A stretch of DNA of 64,000 nt from Squalus acanthias (lineage: Eukaryota): assembly GCA_030390025.1 (NCBI GenBank), contig JASTWF010000070.1, positions 1,054,001 to 1,118,000 of the forward strand, in the 5' to 3' direction. Below the pieces are notes generated by a model, which worked only from the letters and a program-made list of their open reading frames with translations, searched no databases and was not told the origin of the DNA. The position numbers and the translations under genes were made by a program. Positions 37,639 to 48,088 of this stretch are shown piece by piece; positions within the stretch are counted from its first letter, which is position 1; every line of letters starts with the position of its first letter.

Positions 37639-39830
37639 TTACAGTTTCCACCTGCTGTGGATTCTTTCGTAAATCTGATGAATCCATTCGTGTTCTCGCC
37701 TCTTTCCCGCCTTCTTTTTTGATGAAATTTTCAATGCAGCAAAATCCGCCGATGTGTCGAGTCTGGTCACCCGGGCCGCCCCGAGCCTAGAAAACAGATT
37801 AAAACAAGGAAATATATAGATATTTGAATCGCGTTTACATGAACTTACTCGTTCTCCATAAGACACGGATCTGGCTTACTGTTAATAGGCAACAGTAGAC
37901 GGATATTAATCATAAATAATCACAAGTTAGAAAACAAAAAGATAATTTTTAAAATGAAAGTGTCCATTCAGACAGCTGCACTGTTTGATTGGTTGACACG
38001 ACGAACCAGTCCAATCAGCCGTTTCGTCATACGCCGTCTGCCAGAAAAAGTACTTCTAGGGTCAAGGGGCATAGTTCCGAACAATGGCCCCTGGTCATTG
38101 TTTTAAGAGAATGTAAACCGGTGCTATGGCGACCCTGCACGCAAACGAAGAGTCTGCGTGTGCCTGGTACCTCAATGAAAGAGCTGTTTGCCAGTTAGGA
38201 GGGCCAAGCTCGCTGCTTAGTGGCGTAGACAGATAGCAACAGTTTCTCGTGAAAGCCCACAGAAACATACAGATACAAAAACACATACACACACTTATAT
38301 ACACACAAACACATACACACATAAACGTACGCCTAGAAAGACAAGGGCAGCAGGTCCATGGAAACACCTCCAAGTTCCCCTCCAAGTCACACACCACCCT
38401 GACTTGGAAATATATCGACCGTTCCTTCATCGTTGCTGGGTCAAAATCCTGGAACTCCCTTGCTAACAGCGCTGTGGGAGCACCTTCACCACACCGGACT
38501 GCAGCGGTTCAATAAGGCGGCTCACCACCACCTTCACAAGGGTAACTAGGGATGGGCAATAAATGCCGGTCTTGCCAGCGACGCCCACATCCCATGAATA
38601 AAGAGAAATATACACAGACACACAGATACAAACATATACACACAGACATACTCACACATACATACACACATATACACCTCGACACATGTACACACACACA
38701 GACGCACACACGCACAAATAAAAATACAGACTCACCCACGTATAAACACAGACATACACATTGACAGAAACGCAATCTTTAGTCTTGTATATCGACTTAG
38801 CATGCAAGCCATTTAGCAACATAGTTTGAGTTATCTTCACAATTATCCAGGAATGTCGTCGCATTTCTGCATCTATATAATAATTCCTGTGGCTAAAGTA
38901 TTAAAAACAATCACCACACCGGGGTCGGCTGGGGGTACCTTGACTCCCTGTAGAAATAATAAAAACGCTGTAAAATCTGGGTATCTGAAATACAAACAAA
39001 AACTGCTGGAATGACACTGCGGATGAGTGTCTGTCGAAGGCATTAAACCAAAGACATTAACTGATCATTTCTATCAGTAGATGAATGTGCGGTTGATGGA
39101 TTCGCTCTGTTTCCAATCGGAGCGATAATGGGGATTGGATGGAAATTAAGATGACGTAGACCGCGGTCTGCTCTCTGTTCACGGGGCGAAACATCCATTT
39201 GAAGCTAAAACTGTACGCGAACAAGCATTAATTCTGGTAAATCCTTGGCCACGTGCCATAAATATTGAGAATAGAATTGTGGGATGGTCTTTGAATCAAT
39301 CTTAAAAGAATGTGAAAAATATAAAAAATATACCATTGAAGGCGGAGTTCGGGTTGACTAGCTTTGACACATGCTTGAAAACAACCACAGTGAGTGCTGG
39401 AGGCGAATAGCATAGATGCAATTAGGGGGAAGCTAGTTAACACATGAGGGAGAAAGGAATAGAAGGTTATGTTAATGGGGTGAGATGAAGAGGGGAGGAA
39501 GGAGGCTCGTGTGGAGAATGAACACCGGCATGGACCGGTTGGGTCGAATGGAATGTGTCTCTGCTGCACATTCTGTGTAATTCTATGGAAGGTGCCTATG
39601 GAACCTATGTCAAGGGTTTCCATCTTCAGAAGAATGAAGCGGTATGGAAACTGGGAGCTAAGAGAAAGTTACATCAATTTTAATTTTAGAATGAATTTCT
39701 GGTAGAACTGGTTTTGAAATGAGCAGGCCATTTAGTACCTCACTGAATTTCTGAAGAGTGATGCGGAAATGCGTGACCTCAACTGACAAAGAAGCGAGCC
39801 TGAGCTTGAAGCAGAGAGGGGGCAGCTCCT
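37639..39830 (-). pseudogene. Relic gene D of the same receptor family (no V, C or TM exon detected)
   Basis: 43-nt leader-position exon 39830-39788 with ATG>AGG and the same GTCAGT donor as gene A, below an A-type promoter; 39160-39370 is homologous to gene C intron/exon 44790-45000; 37786-37639 is homologous to gene C terminal exon (shared TCATCAAAAAAGAAGGCGGG). Confidence 0.65.
38260..38765. repeat. Degenerate (CA)n tracts flanking a LINE 3' fragment; similar (TG)n tracts at 46466-46625 and 47295-47500
   Basis: Seen directly in sequence. Confidence 0.85.
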
Positions 39831-39889
39831 TGGCAGCAAAGAGGCGCTTTGACTGTGACCGCGCCTGTTGCTCTGAATACCACAGATCA

Positions 39890-40040
39890 CGCTGCTCGGG
39901 CCGCCTGCGAAGAGATGTGCAAAGTGCAGCGAGTTGCGGAAACGGCTGGCCGAGATTCTGACTTGAGCTGGAAAATAATGGCCGAGCTAGAAGCTCTCTG
40001 TGGTTTTCCTGTTTCTGCAGAATAGCCGCCCACACACAGA
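39890..40040 (-). promoter_or_regulatory. A-type promoter module upstream of relic D
   Basis: GAGATGTGCAAA, TGCGGAAAC, CTGGAAAAT, TGTGGTTTTCCTGTTT. Confidence 0.5.
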
Positions 40041-41009
40041 AATTTCAAACAGTGAGGCACCATGTTCAACCGCACACAGAAGACAGTTGTCACCTAGGGA
40101 AGATTCAACTGAATTGAGAGCAGACTCGAGTACATTGACCACATTTACAGCCTCCCCTTCCAAGTGACACCGCGTCCTGTTTATCTGCATTGCCCAGTGT
40201 TTGCACAGGAGTAATTGATAATATTCTGAGCCTCAATATCATTCATTAAATATCCACTCCCTCCACCACCGGCGCACCGTGGCTGCAGTGTGTACCATCG
40301 ACAAGATGCACTGCAGCAACTCGCCAAGGCTTCTCCGACAGCACCTCCCAAACCCGCGACCTCCAACACCTAGAAGGATAAGGATAGCAGGCGCATAGGA
40401 ACACCACCACCTTCAATTTCCCCGCTCCAAGTCACACACACAATCTTGACTTGGACAAATATCGGCCGTTCCTTCATCGTCGCTGGGTCAAAATGCTGGA
40501 ACTCCCAACCTAACAGCACTGTGGGAGCACTTTCACCCCACGGGACTGCAGCGGTTCACGTTGGAAGTCCACCACCACATTCTCAAGGGCAACTAGGGAT
40601 GGGCAATAAATGCCGGCCTTGCCAGCGCCGCCGACATCCCGTGAATGAATTAAATACAATTCTCAACTTTAACTGCCAAAATTAAAATTCAGAACAATGA
40701 CAAATGCACACATCCATACCATACCCTTTCTGTGACCCTCTCCGAACTATAATCAAAAGCTCATTATAGCCACTCTGCATTTTGCATTAGACTGACCGCT
40801 ATGACGCACAGACGCTGCCCACATGTAAAATGCACGAGGCGTGGGATCCAACAAGATACTGCATCTAAAGGCTTAGCGCGGAATAGTTGCCACCGTATCT
40901 GAAGGAGGTGTAACCAACTGTGTGTGCGCTCGGGTCACTCGGCGCACACTCCGAATGCAGAATGTTGAGAGCGAGCACGGGAATAACTGAGCGCGGTTCC
41001 GGCCTCAAG

Positions 41010-44000
41010 ATGTTCAAGGCAGCTTTTTCCCTGATCCTCATTGTCCACGTGATCTGGCCTGACGGTGAGTGAGACACGGTTCCAATCTCCTAAATGGAAT
41101 CAGCCAATAACTGGAACCAATGGACTGTCTTTACTAAGTTGAAAATGTGACCGAGCTAACAACTTTTGGGCTGATATTTTCTCCCCCTCCCTATCACTGT
41201 AACCTGCTGCAGCCCTGCAACCCTCCGAGATCTCGGCGCTCCTCCAATGTTGCCCTCTTGCGCATCCCCCGATTTCCATCGCTCCACCATTGGCGGCCGT
41301 GCCTTCAGCTGCCTGGGCCCCAAGCTCTGGAATTCCCTCCCCAACCCTCTCCGCCTCTCTCTCCTCCTTTAAGACGTTCCTTAGCACTTAGCTCTTTGAC
41401 CAAGCTTTTGGTCACCAGTCCTTATATCTCTTTCTGTGGCTCGGTGTCAAATTTGTGTAAAGCGCCTGGGGTCCTTTAATTACGTTAAAGGCGCTGTATC
41501 AAAGAAAGTTGTGATTGAAATGTTGGTTTACTTTCTGGTCCTTCTATAAGGCGAAGTAAAGGCAAACTAGAGAACGGATATAACCAGCAATAACTGAAGG
41601 CAATAATGATGCTGTTCTTAAATTACAGGCGAGGTGTTTCAACGCGGCTTCTTTCTATCGCTCAATAATCAGTTCTAATGTCACAATAATCCCTCTAGTT
41701 GCAGAATCCCATCCCATCCTGTCACGGAGCCGCGTCACAGTGACAGCCGGAGTCGGCCAGTCGGTTGAATTGGAATGTCACCAGATTTCTAAAGTGTATT
41801 TGGTGAACAGCTATTTCTGGTACAAGCAGCGTGTGGGTGAAGCCCCGAGACTAATCGATATCCCATCCTGTGATCAGACCGATTGCAAGTTTACTTCTAA
41901 AAAAGGACACACCAAATATATACTGATCCTGGAAATCCGCAATGTGCAGGTGGCTGACACCGGCTCCTATTACTGTGCTGCTTGGGATAGCAATGCACCG
42001 CTCGGGAATGGATCCACACTGCTGGTTGGAGGTAAGAGCGAAGCCAAATTGAATTCAGATCATGCACAGCAATATCATTCGCTGTAAGCTAAGAGTTAAC
42101 TGTGTCCCAATCCCTGTCCAGACAGTTCCACACCCAAGACGGCTGTGCTGTTGTTTGCCCCGCCGGGGGAGCCGTATTTAAGGGACACCGTCCCCTTGGT
42201 GTGTTTGGTCACTGGCGTCTCCTCGAACCAGATTGCTCTTTACTGGAACGTTACCGGACAGTTGACCGAGGGACGCAGCGATTCCGGTACACTGGACCCG
42301 GACGTCACCTACAGCATCAGAAGCCATGTGATGGTCTCGAGGGAAGCCTGGAGAAGAGGCGGGGTCTGCACCTGTATTGTTGAGCTGCGTTCCAAGGACA
42401 AATCTTGGGCCAAGAGCGTGTCGCGCCCCAAAACAGTGGCAGGTGAGTCGGTGATCTGTATAGCGAAGGTCAGTATTCAGCTTCAGCGTCAGTTGGAGTA
42501 GTTCACTCGCTCCTAAGCGCCTGAAGTCTGTAAATAAAGCAACACCACGGGATGAGCATGAATATCTATATATCAGGAGAAATAGTGCGTTCAGTCTGTT
42601 ATAAAATACATTGAAATAAACTACGGTTACCCTCCGTCCCAGGTCCAGTAAATACTTTCTCCGCTCTTGGCTGACTTTAGATTTCTGCGTGTCATTTTAG
42701 AATCATAGAATGATACAGTCAGAAGGAGGCCATTCGGCCCATCGTGCCTGTGCCGGCTCTTTGAAAGAGCTCTCCAATTAATCCCACTCCGTCCCTGCTC
42801 TTTCTCCACAGCCCTTGCAAAATTTTCCCCTTCAATTATTTATCCGATTCCCTTTTGAAAGTTATTAGTGAATCACCTTCCACCGCCCTTTCAGGCAGCG
42901 CATCCTGGAATGGATTGGAGTGAACGCGCTTTATGACCTGAAGCTAATCAACAGATGCGGTGAAATAGTTGGCTGAACGTATCTGCTGGTATCAGACGCT
43001 CGCTCATTTCCTCCCGTTTATTTTCTCGTTCCTATTTTAAAGACCCGAACCCCCCTTATCAATCCCCACATTCCCCATGAAATATATTTTCGTTTAATCG
43101 GGTTATGAAGCTTCACTGAAATTGGGTAATCGTTCCAGTTTACCACTCATAAAACATGGGGGGTGTATGAGTATAAATCTTTGAAGGTTTCAGGACAAGT
43201 CGAGAAGACTGTAAAACACATATGGGATCCTTGGTTTTATTAATAGAGGAATAGAGTACAGAAGCAAGGAAGTTATGCTAAACCTTTATAAAACACTGGT
43301 TGGGCCACAGCTGGAGTATTGTGTCCAATCCTGGGCACCACACTTTAGGAAGGTTGTCAAATCTAAATTCTAACAGAACTAGACAGACTAGATGCAGGAA
43401 GGATGTTCCCGATGGCGGGGGAGTCCAGAACCAGGGGTCACAGTCTAAGGGATAAGCCATTTAGGACTGAGATGAGGAGGAATTTCTTCACCCAGAGAGT
43501 GGCGAACCTGTGGAATTCTCTACCACAGAAGGCACTTGAATGCAATTCATTAAATATATTCAAGAAGGAGTTCGATATATTTCTTAAGGCTGAAGAGATC
43601 AAGGGATATGAGGAGAAAGCAGGGACATGATACTGAATTTGGATGATCAGCCATGATCTCATTAAATAACGGAACAGGCTCGAGGGGCCGAATGGCCGAC
43701 TCCTGCTCCTATCTTCTAGGTTTCTAAGTCCTTGGAGAGTGTGCAGAGAAGATTTACCAGAATGGTACCAGGGATGAGGGACTTCAGTTGTGTGGATAGA
43801 CTGGAGAAGCTGGGATTGTTCTCCAAAGAGCAGAGACGGTGAAGAGGAAATTTAACAGCGGTTTCAATCATGAATCATGAAGGGTTCTGATAGAATAAAT
43901 AATGAAAAACTGTTCCCATTGGCAGAAGGGTCGCCAACCAGAGGACACAGATTTAAGGTGATTGGCAAAAGTAACAGAGGCGAGATGAGGAGACATTTTT

Positions 44001-47000
44001 TTACGCAACCAGTTGTTGTGATCTGGAATGTGGTGCCTGAAAGTGCGGTGGAAGCAGATTCAATAGCAACTTTCAAAAGGGAATTGGAAAAATAATTGAA
44101 GGGATAACATTAACAGGGCAATGGGGAAAGAGAAGGGGAGTGGGACTAATCGGATAGCTCCACAAACGAGCCGGCACAGCCATGATGGGTTGAATGGCCT
44201 CCTTCTGAGCTGTAAACATTCTATGATTCCGTTTTCAAATAGGATGTTTTGATTGTGCATTATTAAAATTATGGGGCAATACTGAGGGTGCCGTCTGTCA
44301 ATTTGTCTTAACCACCAAACCAGTGCAATTTATTCCATTATGAGCTTTCACTTGTCCAATATGCGTCGCATTGGCTGGTTTGTCCTTTCACACCCCGGGT
44401 TTGATGCTCCTTCATTGTAACTGGTTCACGTTTCTCATCAGAGAATCCCAGAAAGTAATGAGTTGACCCAGCAGCATTTTCTAAGTGTTTATCTCTGTAG
44501 GGTGGTGCATTCTGACCTTTCCCATTGCAATAAAGATTATGCTGATCCTGGTTCTGGAATTGATCTTCATTTCCATTTGGAATCATAAAAGCCGCAGATC
44601 AGGTGAGAATTTACATTTACCAGGAATAATTTAATAAATGTTTGTTTAATGCGATTCCCTTCACGGAGGTTTAAATACTAATTACAGTTAATTGTTTCAG
44701 AAGAACGAGTCAAGAGACCCCACAAGGAAAGGTGAGTAACTGAACCATTTACAATGTTTTTCAGTAACAGTCTCACTGTATTTAACACTGTGTCAAAACC
44801 AGTCAACCCCTACTCCAGTTTCAAAATTTTCCACGTTCTTTTAAGTCTGTTCAAAGTCCATTCCACAATTCTGTTCTTGATATTCATGGCACGTGACGAA
44901 GGATTTAAAAGAAGTAATGCTTGTTTCATATTTTTGTTTGCATACAGTTTTAGTTTAAGAGAGAGAAGGATAAGAGCCGGAAGAAATGAGCGACACTCGG
45001 GTGAGTTGCATTGAAATGTTGGTGGAGATAGAACATCAATTGCAGGATATTTCAAAGATCAATAAGTTCATTTCCCGCCATCAAAATGACTTGCCATCGT
45101 GCTCCTGACTGCCGGACCTACAGAAAGATTAATTATTGGTTATTAATGCTGACAATTATGTATCAGATGGACAATGGACGCCAGACACCAGGGGTGGATC
45201 GCCCATGTCTATCCATTGGCTTATTGGTTGGTCATTTGCATAGTGGGGGAACATTGGCTTATTGCGGTACCCTTAGCGTATTGGTGGTTCATTGGCTTAT
45301 TCAGATATCATTGGCATATTGGTGGACCATTGGCATAGTAGTGGACAGTTAATGTATTGGGGTACCTTTGGCATATGGGTGTACCATTGGCATATTGTTG
45401 GACCATTGGCATTTTGGAGCACCATTGGCTTATTGGTGAACCATTGGTGTAGTGGGGGACAGTTGGCATATTGAGGTGCCATTGCGTATTGGTGGACCAT
45501 TGGCATATTGGATGATCATTGGTTGATTGGGGTACCTTTGGCGTATTGGTGGACAATTGGCATCTTGGTGGAAAATTGGCGTATTGTGGTAGCATTGGCA
45601 TATTGGTGGACCTTTGGCATATTAGGGGGCCATTGGCGCATGGTGCCTCGATAATTAATTATAGATTAGCCAGAATTGAGAATGTTTAAATTCATATTCT
45701 TAACTGTTGATACACAGGTGACACCCATCAAATGGAGTTGAAGCGGACACATCCGAGTGCAATACATGTAAGTAAGTTTATTGAACCTGTTGCAATAATA
45801 TACAGGAACTTGGTGATTTCTGGGATGGGTGCAATGCGCCACATGCGGGATATTTCATGCGGTTGGCATTGAGCAGGTCATAGTCCAGATCATCTTAATT
45901 TGCAGCGAATCCCACTCGTTGCTCCAACTGGAAATAGAACATATCCCGCAGCCCTCTTCCCATCTGATAATAGAAAGGATAGGTTAATGTTCCGGGCACA
46001 ATGCCTTCCCCAGACTTTACTGGTGATTTTCAGCAGTTTCGGTTTCAATTTCAGATTTCCAGCTTTTTGCTATTTTCTATTATTTTTATCTCCACATTGA
46101 GTCCATGTCAACTCCCCTAACAATCCTCCCCCACCCCCCGCCTCCCATCCGTCAGAGATACTGTTTTTAATATATTAGCCACAGTTATTATTGTGAAGAT
46201 TCAGAAATAAGACGACACCCAGAATAGTTTCACAGATAAGTCAAAATATGTTTCTATGGTAAGTAGTCGAAGAAGNNNNNNNNNNNNNNNNNNNNNNNNN
46301 NNNNNNNNNNNNNNNNNNNNNNNNNNNNNNNNNNNNNNNNNNNNNNNNNNNNNNNNNNNNNNNNNNNNNNNNNNNNNNNNNNNNNNNNNNNNNNNNNNNN
46401 NNNNNNNNNNNNNNNNNNNNNNNNNNNNNNNNNNNNNNNNNNNNNNNNNNNNNNNNNNNNNNNNNTGAGTGTGTGTGTGTGTGCCTGTGAGTGTGAGTGA
46501 GTTTGTGAGTGCGAGTGACTGTGAGTGTGTGTGTGTGCTTTTGTGTGTGCGTGTGAGTGTAAGTGAATGTCTGAGAAGGTGAGTGTCTGAGAGGGTGAGT
46601 GTGTGAGTATGTGCATGTGTGTGATTGTCAGCCGTGGCTCAAGGGGTAGCACTCTCGCCCCTGAGTCAGAAGGTCATGGGTTCAAGTCGTACTCCCGAGA
46701 CTTGAGCCCATAATCCAGGCTGACACTCACAGTGCAGTACTGAGGGAGCGCTGCACTGCAGGAGCGGCAGTACTGCGGGAGCACTGCACTGTCGGAGGTG
46801 CAGTACTGAGGGAGCGCCTCACTGTCGTAGGGGCAGTACTGAGGGAGCTCTGCACTGTCGGAGGGGCGGTACTGAGGGAGCTCTGCACTGTCGGAGGTGC
46901 AGTACTGAGTGAGCACCGCACTGTCGGAGGGGCAGTACTGAGGGAGAGCCGCACTTTCGGAGGGGCCATCTTTCAGATAAGACGTTAAATCTACGCCACG

Positions 47001-48088
47001 TCTGCCCTCTCAGGTGGACTTAAAAGAACTCACGGCACTATCTCGAAGAAGAGCAAATGAGAGTTATCCCTGGTGACCTGGGCCAATATTTGTCCCTCAA
47101 CCAACAACACAAAAAAATAGATTATCTGGGCATTATCACATGGCTGTTTGTGGGAGCTTGCTGTGCGCAGATTGGCAGCCGTGTTTCCTACATTACAACA
47201 GTAACTACACTTCAAAATTACTTCATTGGCTGTAAAGCGCTTTGGGACGTCCTGAGGACGTGAAAGATGCTGTAGAAATGCGAGTCTATCTTTTATGATG
47301 TGTGATTGAGTGTGTGTGTGATTCTGTCTGGGAGTGATTGATTGTAGGTGTGTGAGAGTGATTGAGTGTGTGTGTGTGTGATTCTGTCTTGGTGTGATTG
47401 ATTGTATGTGTGTCTGAGTGTTTGAGTGTCTGTGTGTGTGTGATTATGTCTGGGTATGATTGAGTGTCTGTGTGTGTGTGATTATGTCTGAGTATGATTG
47501 ATCAATGTAACCTTGCAAATGGCGCATGGCGAAACATGGCCGTCTGATTGGATTGTTTTGATGTGTCTATCCAATCAAACAGATAGAATCATCATCCCAG
47601 TTTTCTGATTAAATGTTGGTGATTTCTGGGTTAATCTGCTTTACGAGTTGTGCCTCTGTGTGTTAAAACATTAATTCAGACAGTTCTTGTGTGGACATAT
47701 TCAGCCAAAGATTCTCAAATTTATTAAGAGGGTGTTGGAAGCAGATTCAATGCTAAATTTCAAAAGCGAGTTGGATAAATACTCGAAGGATACAGATGTG
47801 CAGTGCTGTGGGGAAAAGCAGGGGGAGCGGGACTAATCGGAGAGCTCTTTCAAAGAGCCAGCACAGGGACGATGGGCCGAATGGCCTCCTTCTGTGCTGC
47901 AGCGTTCTCTGATTCCATGAAACGCGACTGCAGGACGGGATAGTTTGACCTGCCTTTAAATATCTTGAAATGTCAATGTTTAATATATTTTCCTGTCTCA
48001 GGGCGGCCCTCGAGACCAGATACTTTACGCCTCTCTGGAATTTGCTGCCTCGGAAAAGTCATCAAAAAAGAAGGCGGGTCGCGGATGA
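41010..48088 (+). CDS. Gene C: non-rearranging VJ-C1-TM-ITIM receptor of a second subtype, 8 exons, 343 aa, apparently intact
   Basis: Exons 41010-41064 (MFKAAFSLILIVHVIWPD), 41699-42031 (VJ ..LECH..WYKQ..DTGSYYC..LGNGSTL), 42122-42442 (C1), 44501-44602 (WCILTFPIAIKIMLILVLELIFISIW), 44701-44731, 44948-45000, 45718-45767, 48002-48088 (GGPRDQILYASLEF..*). Intron phases 1,1,1,1,2,1,0 all match; 1032 nt; AATAAA at 48412-48417. Assembly gap in the last intron. Confidence 0.85.
41699..42031 (+). CDS. Gene C germline-joined VJ Ig V-set exon
   Basis: 333-nt phase 1-1 exon with canonical Cys/Trp/YYC and LGNG J-like motif. Confidence 0.92.
42122..42442 (+). CDS. Gene C Ig C1-set exon
   Basis: 321-nt exon VLLFAPP..LVCLV..LYWNVTG..TYSIRSHV..W..VCTCIV. 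Confidence 0.9.
43160..44230 (+). mobile_element. Nested CR1 fragments in gene C C1-TM intron
   Basis: A CR1 3' end (~43365-43728) interrupts an older CR1 fragment. Confidence 0.7.
45212..45645. repeat. Degenerate ~21-22 bp minisatellite in gene C intron
   Basis: Repeating CCATTGGCATATTGGTGGA-like units. Confidence 0.85.
46629..47290 (+). mobile_element. DeuSINE (SacSINE1-like) with internal tandem expansion
   Basis: tRNA-derived head, Deu-type core, tail GTGGGAGCTTGCTGTGCGC..AAAGCGCTTTGGGACG. Confidence 0.7.
46734..46964 (+). repeat. 33-bp tandem repeat x7
   Basis: Unit GCAGTACTGAGGGAGCGCTGCACTGTCGGAGG(T/G). Confidence 0.9.

Noticed and set aside
38849-38947. Hydrophobic TM-like segment in relic D
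   Set aside because: Wrong order relative to the cytoplasmic-exon homologue, contains a stop, no clear similarity to family TM exons
41736-41742. Perfect RSS heptamer CACAGTG in gene C V exon
   Set aside because: Lies in FR1, with no nonamer at 12 or 23 bp spacing
46734-46964. CRISPR-like periodic repeat
   Set aside because: Head-to-tail units without unique spacers, inside a SINE, in vertebrate DNA
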